DNA of 64,000 nt from Patescibacteria group bacterium (GTDB lineage: Bacteria; Patescibacteriota; Patescibacteriia; Patescibacteriales; JBAZCA01), in contig JBAZCA010000003.1 of the NCBI GenBank assembly GCA_041671125.1, forward strand, positions 64,689 through 128,688, read 5' to 3'. The notes beneath the pieces were generated by a model. It was not told where the DNA came from. It saw nothing but the letters and a program-made list of their open reading frames with translations, and made no database searches. Position numbers and translations under genes: made by a program. Position 1 is the first letter of the stretch, and every line of letters starts with the position of its first letter. This document shows positions 35,426-44,101 of the stretch, piece by piece.

Positions 35426-36748
35426 ATGCCTTATAAAAAAATCATTATTCTCGGCTACGGAGTGGAGGGAAAAAGCCTCTATGAATATCTGAGAAAAAAA
35501 TATCCTGAAGCCGCGCTGGCTATTGCCGATAAGAAAAGAATCAACGCTCCCGGCCGGACTAAAACATACAGCGGAAAAAATTATCTGAAGAGCGTGGGGG
35601 AATACGACCTAATCGTGAAATCTCCAGGCGTCTCTCCGAACGCCAAAGAAATAAAGGAGGCTCTTTTAAAAGGGGCGAAAATAACCTCCGCGGCTGACAT
35701 ATTTTTTAATAATTGCAAAGGAAAAATTATCGGCGTAACCGCGACAAAAGGCAAAAGCACCACCGCGACTCTTATTTACAAAATATTAAAAACCGCGGGT
35801 AAAGACGTTCGCTTGGTCGGAAATATAGGAAACCCGCCTCTGAAATATTTACGCCGGAAATCAGGGCAAGGTAAAATTTTTGTTTACGAACTCTCAAGCT
35901 ACCAGCTTGATGATTTAAAAAAGAGTCCGCATGTCGGCGTTTTTTTAACCATCTTTCCCGAACACCTTCCCTTTCACGGCAGTTACGCGAATTACCGGGA
36001 AGCTAAGGCTAATATCGCGCGATATCAAAATAAAAACGATTATTTTATCTATAATTCCGGATATGATTTTTTAAAAAAACTGGCAAAGCGGTCTAAAGCG
36101 AAACCTATAGATTACCTTAAAATTTGCCGGGCGGATAATCAATGGATCTATTATAAAAACAAAAAAATAATTCCTTTAAAAGAAGTTAGGCTATTAGGAA
36201 GGCATAATATAGAGAATATCTGCGCCTGTATCGCCGCGGCAAAAATCTTCCGCGTTTCCGATTCAGATATCCGCCGAACAGTTAAAAATTTTAAAGGTTT
36301 GGATCACCGGCTTGAATTCGTGGCTGAACATAAAGGTATAAGATTTTATGATGACGCCATTTCCACTACTCCGGAATCCACCATGGCGGCCATGGATATT
36401 TTTAAAAAAGACTTAGGAACCATGATGCTTGGCGGCGAAAACCGGGGATATGATTTTTCCCGGCTGGCAAAAAAAATCTACCGCTACCGGATAGAAAATA
36501 TAGCGCTCTTCCCCGATTCAGGAGCTGAAATCTGGAAACAAATCGTTAAAATCTACAAAAAAAATAAAGCCTGCCTGCCGCGAAAGATTAATACGAAAAG
36601 TATGAGCGAGGCAGTTAAATTCGCTTCTAAGCATACCAGCCAAAACCGGGTCTGCCTGCTGTCAACGGCTTCGCCGAGCTACAGCGTATTTAAAAATTTC
36701 ATTGAAAAGGGGAACCTGTTTAAAAAAGAGGTGGGTAAGTTAAAATAA
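35426..36748 (+). CDS. murD: UDP-N-acetylmuramoyl-L-alanine--glutamate ligase (MurD family; MurD vs MurD2 not distinguishable by eye)
   Basis: Mur ligase P-loop GVTATKGKSTT, Rossmann-like N-terminus and the DDAISTTPEST region. Confidence 0.85.
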   Translation: MPYKKIIILGYGVEGKSLYEYLRKKYPEAALAIADKKRINAPGRTKTYSGKNYLKSVGEYDLIVKSPGVSPNAKEIKEALLKGAKITSAADIFFNNCKGKIIGVTATKGKSTTATLIYKILKTAGKDVRLVGNIGNPPLKYLRRKSGQGKIFVYELSSYQLDDLKKSPHVGVFLTIFPEHLPFHGSYANYREAKANIARYQNKNDYFIYNSGYDFLKKLAKRSKAKPIDYLKICRADNQWIYYKNKKIIPLKEVRLLGRHNIENICACIAAAKIFRVSDSDIRRTVKNFKGLDHRLEFVAEHKGIRFYDDAISTTPESTMAAMDIFKKDLGTMMLGGENRGYDFSRLAKKIYRYRIENIALFPDSGAEIWKQIVKIYKKNKACLPRKINTKSMSEAVKFASKHTSQNRVCLLSTASPSYSVFKNFIEKGNLFKKEVGKLK

Positions 36749-36749
36749 A

Positions 36750-37754
36750 ATGATCATTTTTCTATACGGCCCTGACGACTTCCGGGCTAAAAGAAAACTA
36801 AACGAATTAAAAGAAAAATTCCGCCGGGAAATTAATAAAACAGGAACCGATCTCGCGGAGATTGACGGCGAAAAAGCTACTCTTCGCGATATAAACGAGC
36901 TTATCGCTCCCGCGTCTTTATTTTCAAAAAAAAGGATGGTGGTGGTGGAAAATATTTTTTTAAATAAGTCAACGAGTATTTTCGGCGAACTCGCGAAACT
37001 TTTAATAAAAGAGGAAAAAGGGGAAAATATAATTATTTTCCGCGATTCAATCGCGAAAAAAGATAAATTAACCGGCCCCAAAGCCGAACTTTTTAAGCTC
37101 CTCTCCGGCCAAAAATATTCGCAGGAATTTTTAAACCTGTCGCGAAGCGACCTGATTAAATGGGTGAAAAGCGAAGCGCTCGCGTCGGAAGCTGAAGTAA
37201 GCCCCGAGGCCGCGACCCTCCTTTCCGCCCTTTCGGAAAACCTCTGGCAAGCTAAAAACGAACTGGAAAAAATAATCGCATTTAAAAAAGCTTCTTTGCT
37301 CTTAAATTCTTCCGAAGAAAAAAATGCGTCCACGCCGGTGATGATTGAGGAACAAGACGTTTATAATATGGTCCGGGGAAAACTGGATACCAATATTTTT
37401 TCTTTAACAGACGCGATCGGCGCGGGAAATAAAGGTCAGGCCTTAAAACTTTTGGAAGAGCAAATTGAATCCGGCGCGGCCGAAACCTATCTTCTAACAA
37501 TGATCCTCCGGCAGTTTAAAATTATCCTTAGGATCAGGGACGCGCTTGATTCGGGCGGGAATGGAAGAAGCATCGCCTCATCCCTAAAACTCCACCCCTT
37601 TATCGTCCAGAAAGGAATAAGCCAGGCCCGCTTTTTCAGTCCTAAAATTTTAAAAAAAATATTGAGCCGGCTCGTCCGGATGGACTACGAACTAAAAACC
37701 GGCCAAGGGGATTTAAAAACCGGCCTGACAATGCTCATCGCCGGCCTGAAGTAA
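36750..37754 (+). CDS. holA: DNA polymerase III delta subunit
   Basis: MIIFLYGPDDFRAKRKL N-terminus. Size and helical C-terminal domain are typical of HolA. Confidence 0.7.
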   Translation: MIIFLYGPDDFRAKRKLNELKEKFRREINKTGTDLAEIDGEKATLRDINELIAPASLFSKKRMVVVENIFLNKSTSIFGELAKLLIKEEKGENIIIFRDSIAKKDKLTGPKAELFKLLSGQKYSQEFLNLSRSDLIKWVKSEALASEAEVSPEAATLLSALSENLWQAKNELEKIIAFKKASLLLNSSEEKNASTPVMIEEQDVYNMVRGKLDTNIFSLTDAIGAGNKGQALKLLEEQIESGAAETYLLTMILRQFKIILRIRDALDSGGNGRSIASSLKLHPFIVQKGISQARFFSPKILKKILSRLVRMDYELKTGQGDLKTGLTMLIAGLK

Positions 37755-37778
37755 TTAGCCCTAAAACAGCTACAAACG

Positions 37779-37806
37779 CAAAACCCCGCTTTCGGCGGGA
37801 TTTTTT
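37779..37806. terminator. Bidirectional terminator between holA and rpsT
   Basis: Stem cccgc/gcggg flanked by an A-run and T6. Confidence 0.7.
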
Positions 37807-37825
37807 GATAAGCGTCAAACGTAGC

Positions 37826-38101
37826 TTATTTTGCTTTGGAAGAAAAAACTTTATTAAACCGGGCGTGCAGGCGGGATTTTTTCCGGTCGCGCGTATTAGG
37901 TTTAAGAATTCTTTTTTTCGCCGCCTTATCAATAGCTTTTAGCGACGCTCTGAGCAATTCTTTGGCTTTCTCGTCTTTAACCGCGATAGCCTTATCAGTT
38001 TTTTTCAAAAGTTTTTTTAACTCATTTTTAACCTTTGAATTCTTAGCATTCCTGACGACGTTCTTTCTTAATTCTTTCTTGGCCGATGGTAGATTGGGCA
38101 T
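37826..38101 (-). CDS. rpsT: 30S ribosomal protein S20
   Basis: MPNLPSAKKELRKNVVRNAKNSKVKNELKKLLKK... is typical of S20. Confidence 0.9.
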   Translation of the reverse strand: MPNLPSAKKELRKNVVRNAKNSKVKNELKKLLKKTDKAIAVKDEKAKELLRASLKAIDKAAKKRILKPNTRDRKKSRLHARFNKVFSSKAK

Positions 38102-38196
38102 AATCCTTGTTGATTAGTAATTGCCGCCACTTAGACGGGCGTGATAAATAACAATATTTGGATGTGAGAGATGTTATATTTTTAGCATAATTTTAA

Positions 38197-39033
38197 TTAT
38201 TTTTCAAGAGGGGTTAACCCTTTTCCTGTCTTTGTTCTTCCGGCCGCGAGGACGAGTCCCGCGAGAACAATAACCGCGATGCTTATGATCTGTTCGTGCC
38301 GCAGGCCAAAAGAATAATAGGCTTGATCAATCCGGATGAACTCGGTAAGAAATCTAAGAATGGAATAAAGAACAAGATAACCGGCGACCAAAAATTTAAA
38401 ATTAAAAGTCTTTTGTCGGCCTTTTTTTATTATCAGCCAATGCGTGCAAACTAAAATTCCAAAAATAACAAGATCACCAAGGCTTTCATATAGAAAGGCC
38501 GGATGAAAATAATTTTTAGTCATATATTGGAATGGACGGTTTATCATGTCAATCGGTATACCCCAAGCAAGGTTAGTTGGCTTACCGAAAAGTTCCTGAT
38601 TAAAATAATTTCCCCATCTTCCGATTGCCTGGCCGATAGCTAGACCCGGAACGATAATTGCCGATAATTGCCAAAAATTTATTTTCTTCTTTTGGATAAA
38701 CCAATAGATAACCACCAGCCCTGCGATGATGCCGCCGTGGATGGCGAGTCCTCCCTGCCAGACTTTAAATATCTCAAGCGGACTTTTTAAATAATATTGC
38801 CATTCAATAAAAACATGAAAAAGCCTAGCTCCGATTATTCCAAAAATAACTAGAAAGAAACTTAAATCCAAAATTTCATCTTTGAAAATGCCATAATACT
38901 TCCCGAGCTGAACCGCCACCGCGATCGCCGCCAAGATTCCCAGAACTATAAAAAAACCATACCAGTAAATCTGGATGGGACCGAAAGACACAAGAATCGG
39001 GTCAGGATGGAATGTATGAAGAAAATCAATCAT
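38197..39033 (-). CDS. lgt: Prolipoprotein diacylglyceryl transferase
   Basis: IYWYGFFIVLG, GARLFHV, GRWGNYFNQELFG and HPAFLYESL. Confidence 0.9.
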   Translation of the reverse strand: MIDFLHTFHPDPILVSFGPIQIYWYGFFIVLGILAAIAVAVQLGKYYGIFKDEILDLSFFLVIFGIIGARLFHVFIEWQYYLKSPLEIFKVWQGGLAIHGGIIAGLVVIYWFIQKKKINFWQLSAIIVPGLAIGQAIGRWGNYFNQELFGKPTNLAWGIPIDMINRPFQYMTKNYFHPAFLYESLGDLVIFGILVCTHWLIIKKGRQKTFNFKFLVAGYLVLYSILRFLTEFIRIDQAYYSFGLRHEQIISIAVIVLAGLVLAAGRTKTGKGLTPLEK

Positions 39034-39217
39034 AACATAAAAATAATCAAAAATTTAAAATCTCATTTCACCTAATTTATTTCAGTATATCACAATCACG
39101 ATGTCCTACAAATTAAATTAGCTTCCCGAAAAGAAAAACGGCCGGAATCAAGCGTTGTTTGCGTCGTGTCATAATGCACACGTCGCGCGCTTGATCCCGG
39201 CCTCAAAGGCTGGATCG

Positions 39218-39532
39218 CTACTTGTCGTCATGCGACACAGCCTCCGTTTGTCCGAAGAGTCCGGGCAACCACCCGGTATCCTCCTCGGGCTCCTCGGGGT
39301 TTGGCGGCAGAGCCGCCGGCTCTTGCCACTCGGCCTGCCAACCGGCAAACCAAGAGAGAAAAGCCAGAACCAGCGTTCCCGCCACTAGGGTGACATAAAC
39401 ATACCACGGGGTCAGACCGAAATCCTCTCCCAGTGGTCTAGCCGCCCCATCGGCTAGAACAAGCATAGCAATACAACATGCCACGCCCGCCGCCAAAACC
39501 GCGAAGAATCCCGACAAAATTTTAAACAACAT
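39218..39532 (-). CDS. Hypothetical membrane protein in a GC-rich islet
   Basis: AAGGAGGG lies 5 nt upstream of the ATG. Two hydrophobic helices and an acidic Pro-rich C-terminus. The codon third positions are GC-biased, unlike the neighbouring genes. Confidence 0.6.
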   Translation of the reverse strand: MLFKILSGFFAVLAAGVACCIAMLVLADGAARPLGEDFGLTPWYVYVTLVAGTLVLAFLSWFAGWQAEWQEPAALPPNPEEPEEDTGWLPGLFGQTEAVSHDDK

Positions 39533-39688
39533 AACACCCTCCTTGAACCCCTAAACATCTTCCGATGCCAAAGGTTCCGAAAAAAGAAAGATACACCTTG
39601 CCCAACAAAGCCAAAAACCCTAGCCCCTGCGGCTTTGTCAGGCGCTTCCAATGAACCACGCTGAATTATCGGCCAATCATTTTAAACC

Positions 39689-39767
39689 GTCATTCTGAGG
39701 GCAAAGCCCGAAGAATCTCGTCATAAGCGCGCTAATACTCGGGATTCTTCGCTTCGCTCAGAATGAC
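39689..39767. repeat. Palindromic repeat family B copy
   Basis: gtcattctgagggcaaagcccgaagaatctcg...cgggattcttcgcttcgctcagaatgac. Confidence 0.85.
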
Positions 39768-40003
39768 GGTAATTGAATCAGCCCATCATTCGGCGCGGCT
39801 ATTGTTTTCTCTATTTTAAAGAGCATTGGCGCGCAAAAAAACGCACTTTTTATATTAGCACGAAACCATAGTTCTGTCAATGGCTCATGCTTATTTTTAT
39901 TTTAATATTAGCAAAAAGGGCGAGAAGTAATCCCGCCCCTGAACATAAAATACATTACGTAAAACACAAACCGCAACATCAGTCTTTTTAAATCTTCTTC
40001 CTT

Positions 40004-42388
40004 CTAACTTCTTACTTCTTTTTCTCCCAGCCTCTTTATAGTCTTAATCACCGTATCCGGATTAAGGGAAATACTGTCTATCCCTTCGCTTAAAAGAAAA
40101 TCGGCAAAATCCGGAAAATCGCTCGGACCCTGGCCGCAGATTCCGACCTTGCGGCCGGTCTTTTTTCCGACTTCAATAAGATGCTTTATTAATGATTTTA
40201 CCGCCGCGTTCTTTTCGTTGGATTCGCCGTCAACATGAAAATCGCCGCCTGAGTCGCGGTCTATTCCTAAAGTAAGCTGGGTCAGGTCATTTGAGCCGAT
40301 GGAAAAGCCGTCAAAAACTTTGGCAAACTCTTCGGCCAGGATAATATTGGCCGGGATCTCCGCCATAACATAAACTTCCAGTCCGTTAACGCCCTGCTTT
40401 AAACCGTTTTTTTCCATAATTTCAATCACCCGCTTCCCCTCTTCAACGGTCCGGCAGAAAGGCACCATGATTTTAACGTTAATGAGGCCCATGCCGTCGC
40501 GAACTTTTTTTAAAGCCGCGCATTCCATTTCAAAAGCCGGCCGGTATTTTTCGTCGTAATAGCGGCTCGCCCCGCGCCAGCCGATCATGGGATTGGATTC
40601 TTCGGGTTCGTAGCATTGCCCGCCGATTAAATTCCGGTATTCGTTGGTTTTAAAATCCGAGAGCCGGACGATAACGTCTTTCGGAAAAAAGGCCGCGCCT
40701 ATTACCGCGATGCCTTCAGAAAGCTTGTCAATGAAAAACTGTTTTTTATCCTTATAGCCGAAAGTCAGATCATCAATTTTTTTCTTAACTGCCTTGTCCT
40801 TGATTTTATCATAATTCAAAAGAGCCAGGGGATGGATTTTTATTGAATCATTGATGATGAATTCCTCCCGCGCCAGCCCGACGCCGTCATTCGGGAAAAA
40901 AGAAAATCCGAAAGCCGACTTCGGCGTGCCGATATTCATCATTATTTTAACTTTGGGCTTTTTTAAATCCTTAACGTTAATCTTATTAATCTTAAAATCA
41001 ACTTTTCCGTCGTATACGATACCCTCTTCGCCTTCGGTACAGCTTACCGTCACCGCCTGCCCGGTTTTTATAATTTTACTCGCGTCGTTCGTTCCGACCA
41101 CGCAGGGAATTCCGAGTTCGCGCGAAACAATGGCCGCGTGACAGGTCCGGCCGCCTTTGTCGGTTACTATGGCTGAAGCGATTTTCATGATCGGCTGCCA
41201 GTCCGGATCAGTCATTTCAGTAACGAGCACTTCGCCGGGCCGGAATTTTCCGATCTCTTTGGCGCTCATAATCCGGTTCGCCTTTCCGGATCCGACTTTA
41301 TAGCCGACGCTTTTTCCCCGGGCGATTATTTTTCCTTTTTTCTCCATTTTAAATTCCTCAATAATATTGTAATCGCGGGTTGAATGGATCGTCTCCGGCC
41401 GGGCCTGGATTATGTAAAGTTCATTGGTCTTCCCGTCTAAAGCCCATTCAATATCCATCGGCCGGCTGTAATGCTTTTCTATGGCCATGCCCCATTCGGC
41501 GAGCTTTAATACCTGGCTGTCGTTGATGGAAGGCTTTCTCGCGTCCCCGGCGCTGACTTTTATGTCTTTGACCGGAACTTTGGGATTGTTATTATAGATC
41601 ATCTTCAGGGATTTCTTGCCGATGGTTCGGGCGATAATGCTCTTTGTAGTTTTAAAAACATAAAATTCGTCCGGATTGACTTTGCCCTGGACGATATTTT
41701 CCCCGAGCCCGTAAATTGAATTAATTAATACCACGTCGCGAAAGCCCGACTCGGTGTCAATCGTAAACATCACTCCCGAAGCGCCTAAATCGCTTCGCAC
41801 CATTTTCTGCACGCCGACCGAAAGCGCGATGTCAAAATGGTCAAAACCTTTATCGTGGCGGTAGGAAATCGCCCGGTTGGTAAAAAGCGAGGCAATGCAT
41901 TTTTTCACGGCGATTAATAGTTCCTTTTCTCCCCGGATATTTAGGAATGTTTCCTGCTGTCCGGCGAATGAAGCGTCGGGCAGATCTTCGGCGGTCGCGG
42001 AAGAGCGCACCGCGACATCCGTGCCGAACTTTCCGTTCTTATCACCGTATTCGGCTGACAATTTTATATAGCACTCAGCAATTTCTTTTTTTAAATCCTC
42101 GGGAATTTCCGCCTTAATAATCGCCGCGCGCGCCGCCGCGCCCTTCTTCGCGAGCGAGGCCATATTTTTTGTGTTCAAGCCTTTAAAAATATCCCTGATT
42201 TTTTTATCCAGGCCGGTTTCTTTGACAAAATAATTGTAAGCGTCGGAGGTTGTGGCAAAGCCGTTAGGCACTTTTATGCCGTCAGCGGAAAGGTTTTGGT
42301 ACATCTCTCCGAGCGAGGCGTTTTTGCCGCCGACCATGGGCACGTCTTTGATACCGATTTCGTTAAAAAATTTTACAAACTTAGACAT
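40004..42388 (-). CDS. ppsA: Phosphoenolpyruvate synthase (pyruvate, water dikinase)
   Basis: N-terminus VGGKNASLGEM, phosphohistidine loop GGRTCHAAIVSRELGIP and a PEP-utilising C-terminal domain. Start set at the ATG (MSKF) rather than the upstream TTG. Confidence 0.95.
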   Translation of the reverse strand: MSKFVKFFNEIGIKDVPMVGGKNASLGEMYQNLSADGIKVPNGFATTSDAYNYFVKETGLDKKIRDIFKGLNTKNMASLAKKGAAARAAIIKAEIPEDLKKEIAECYIKLSAEYGDKNGKFGTDVAVRSSATAEDLPDASFAGQQETFLNIRGEKELLIAVKKCIASLFTNRAISYRHDKGFDHFDIALSVGVQKMVRSDLGASGVMFTIDTESGFRDVVLINSIYGLGENIVQGKVNPDEFYVFKTTKSIIARTIGKKSLKMIYNNNPKVPVKDIKVSAGDARKPSINDSQVLKLAEWGMAIEKHYSRPMDIEWALDGKTNELYIIQARPETIHSTRDYNIIEEFKMEKKGKIIARGKSVGYKVGSGKANRIMSAKEIGKFRPGEVLVTEMTDPDWQPIMKIASAIVTDKGGRTCHAAIVSRELGIPCVVGTNDASKIIKTGQAVTVSCTEGEEGIVYDGKVDFKINKINVKDLKKPKVKIMMNIGTPKSAFGFSFFPNDGVGLAREEFIINDSIKIHPLALLNYDKIKDKAVKKKIDDLTFGYKDKKQFFIDKLSEGIAVIGAAFFPKDVIVRLSDFKTNEYRNLIGGQCYEPEESNPMIGWRGASRYYDEKYRPAFEMECAALKKVRDGMGLINVKIMVPFCRTVEEGKRVIEIMEKNGLKQGVNGLEVYVMAEIPANIILAEEFAKVFDGFSIGSNDLTQLTLGIDRDSGGDFHVDGESNEKNAAVKSLIKHLIEVGKKTGRKVGICGQGPSDFPDFADFLLSEGIDSISLNPDTVIKTIKRLGEKEVRS

Positions 42389-42396
42389 AATAAAAA

Positions 42397-42437
42397 TCAA
42401 TGATCAATGATCAATGATCAATGATCAATGATCAATT
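42397..42437. repeat. Perfect heptamer tandem repeat (TCAATGA)x5 plus a partial unit
   Basis: Read directly. It begins 9 nt upstream of the ppsA start codon. Confidence 0.95.
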
Positions 42438-42479
42438 TTTTAATAAAATAAGGGTATATAGAAAAATAAAAATGTTCAG

Positions 42480-42641
42480 TTAGGCGTCGGAAATAAATTA
42501 ACTTTTATAATTTCGCCCGAATTTGCGCCGGATTGGTCTATAAAAATCTAAAGAATAGCGGGCTATTTTGAAGATTTTTAGAGGCCAAGACGGCGTGAAA
42601 GCGGGATGAAATTAGAAAGTTTATTTGTTGACGGCGCCTAA
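42480..42641. repeat. ~160-bp imperfect inverted repeat (long hairpin / MITE-like)
   Basis: The left arm ttaggcgtcggaaataaattaac...tctataaaaatct aligns at roughly 70% with the reverse complement of the right arm agatttttagag...gacggcgcctaa. A central small hairpin aatagcgggctatt is present. Confidence 0.7.
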
Positions 42642-42642
42642 G

Positions 42643-43011
42643 TTATAAATTTACTTTCTTGCTCCATTCGTGGATATACGGTATCTCCCACCATTCGCCG
42701 TTTAACGCCTTGACGATCCCCATGACCGATATTATCAAAAGAGCCAGCATGGCTAGCTGACCCAATAACGGAATCCAAATAAACATGAATACCAAAAGTT
42801 CCACGGCAAACAAAACCAATCCCTGCTTAGCGTGGAACTGGGCGAAGCGGGAATCCCTTTTGCCTAAAAGCGGCACTAAAAACAGGATAAAGATATAAGA
42901 CATGGCCGCTAAAGTTTTATTGGCTTCAACATCTTTATTGTTTTCGCCTCCAGCCCCTGTTTCAGCGCCATCACTTGCGCCACCGCCCTGGAATTTATTT
43001 TCATCCGTCAT
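42643..43011 (-). CDS. DUF4870-like small membrane protein
   Basis: LAAMSYIFILFLVPLLGKRDSRFAQFHAKQGLVLF pattern with three TM helices. Confidence 0.75.
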   Translation of the reverse strand: MTDENKFQGGGASDGAETGAGGENNKDVEANKTLAAMSYIFILFLVPLLGKRDSRFAQFHAKQGLVLFAVELLVFMFIWIPLLGQLAMLALLIISVMGIVKALNGEWWEIPYIHEWSKKVNL

Positions 43012-43193
43012 ATTGGTTTAGCTTATTTAATGAGTTAACTGACTGTATTAAGTATATCAGTTTTTTTATATTTATCAAGAGGAAAATTCCTGAAATATTC
43101 CTCCCGCGTTCCTTGACATTCAAGGCCAATTGGCCGAAAATAGAGGAATACTTGGAAAATCGTAAATTGGCAATTGTAAATTGTAAATTAAAT

Positions 43194-43278
43194 GGGCGAG
43201 TGGTGAAACTGGCAGACACGCATGCCTTAGGAGCATGTGGGGCAACCCGTGGAGGTTCAAGTCCTCTCTCGCCCACCA
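43194..43278 (+). tRNA. tRNA-Leu (TAG), CCA encoded
   Basis: GGGCGAGTGGTGAAACTGGCAGACACGCATGCCTTAGGAGCATGTGGGGCAACCCGTGGAGGTTCAAGTCCTCTCTCGCCCACCA. Confidence 0.9.
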
Positions 43279-43286
43279 ATAGAAAC

Positions 43287-43366
43287 AGACACATCCCGCC
43301 TCTGAAAGCGGGATGGGGGCAACCCGTGCCCCGCCCCGCATTTACGGGGCGGGATCTCGCCCACCA
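43287..43366 (+). pseudogene. Degenerate tandem copy of tRNA-Leu lacking the 5' acceptor strand; anticodon and T arms replaced by GC-rich hairpins
   Basis: It retains AGACAC, GGGGCAACCCGTG and CTCGCCCACCA blocks in tRNA-Leu order. The anticodon arm is replaced by catcccgc-ctctgaaa-gcgggatg. The T arm is replaced by cccgccccg-cattta-cggggcggg. Confidence 0.65.
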
Positions 43367-43401
43367 GAAAAGTTTGTAGATTATCCGACAACTCCTTTTT
43401 T

Positions 43402-43491
43402 GTCATCCTGAGCGGAACGAAGTGAAGCGAAGGATCTGCAACCTTGGCTAAATCCGCAGACGCAGATTCTTCGCCTTCGGCTCAGAATGAC
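43402..43491. repeat. Palindromic repeat family B copy
   Basis: gtcatcctgagcggaacgaagtgaagcgaaggatctgc...gcagattcttcgccttcggctcagaatgac. The flanks ttatccgacaactcc / (rc) are shared with the copy at 61867. Confidence 0.9.
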
Positions 43492-43605
43492 AATTGTTGC
43501 ACAGTCTGCATCCCGCTCATAAAAACAACTCTACTTGACATTCTTTTTTTCTTGTGTTAGTGTAGTAATACATTAATACAGACATGCCAACAATAAAACA
43601 GTTTT

Positions 43606-43953
43606 ATGAAACAGTATAAACCTGACGAAAAAACCGACGACTTGCTGGAAACCATCCTGAGCCTAAAAAACTTAAATGAGGCTCGGGCGTTTTTTCGCGA
43701 CCTCTGCACGCTTAAGGAAATAAAAGATTTAACCGACCGCTGGGAAATAGCCAAGCTAATTGAGCAGGGCGCTCCCTACCGCGATATCGCAAAAAAACTC
43801 GGCACCAGCACAACGACCGTCAGCCGCGTCGCGCTTTGGTTTAATAACGGCATGGGCGGCTACCGCCTTATGCTGGACCGGCTGAATTTAGATAAAAATA
43901 ATGAACATCACGCCAGCTCTTCTTTTGGGAAAGGGTTGCGTGTTTATAATTGA
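43606..43953 (+). CDS. YerC/YecD-like TrpR-family protein
   Basis: FFRDLCTLKEIKDLTDRWEIAKLIEQGAPYRDIAKKLGTSTTTVSRV. Confidence 0.8.
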   Translation: MKQYKPDEKTDDLLETILSLKNLNEARAFFRDLCTLKEIKDLTDRWEIAKLIEQGAPYRDIAKKLGTSTTTVSRVALWFNNGMGGYRLMLDRLNLDKNNEHHASSSFGKGLRVYN

Positions 43954-43982
43954 TAAAAACTTACATAGTATTTAGCGCTCAA

Positions 43983-44014
43983 CCCCTTCTCGAAAGTATA
44001 GAGAAGGGGTTTTT
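43983..44014 (+). terminator. Rho-independent terminator
   Basis: Stem ccccttctc/gagaagggg followed by TTTTT. Confidence 0.8.
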
Positions 44015-44101
44015 CGTTTCGCGTTTTCGCGGAACGCTCCGCGATTACGGGGTCGTATTGGAAAAACTCGGATGATCTTTATAAATAAGGAGAATGACGA
44101 G

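Noticed and set aside
39155-39388. 77-aa plus-strand ORF in the GC-rich islet
   Set aside because: It overlaps the minus-strand ORF 39218-39532, which has a strong RBS and clear TM helices. The plus-strand translation is Arg/Leu/Ser-rich, typical of a GC-rich antisense frame.
42397-42437. Possible CRISPR or other array, suggested by (TCAATGA)n
   Set aside because: It is a simple 7-bp microsatellite without spacers.
42975-43379. 134-aa plus-strand ORF, and the 97/73-aa minus-strand ORFs at 43001-43341
   Set aside because: They span the DUF4870 gene start, tRNA-Leu(TAG) and its degenerate copy. They are artefacts of GC-rich RNA and repeat sequence.
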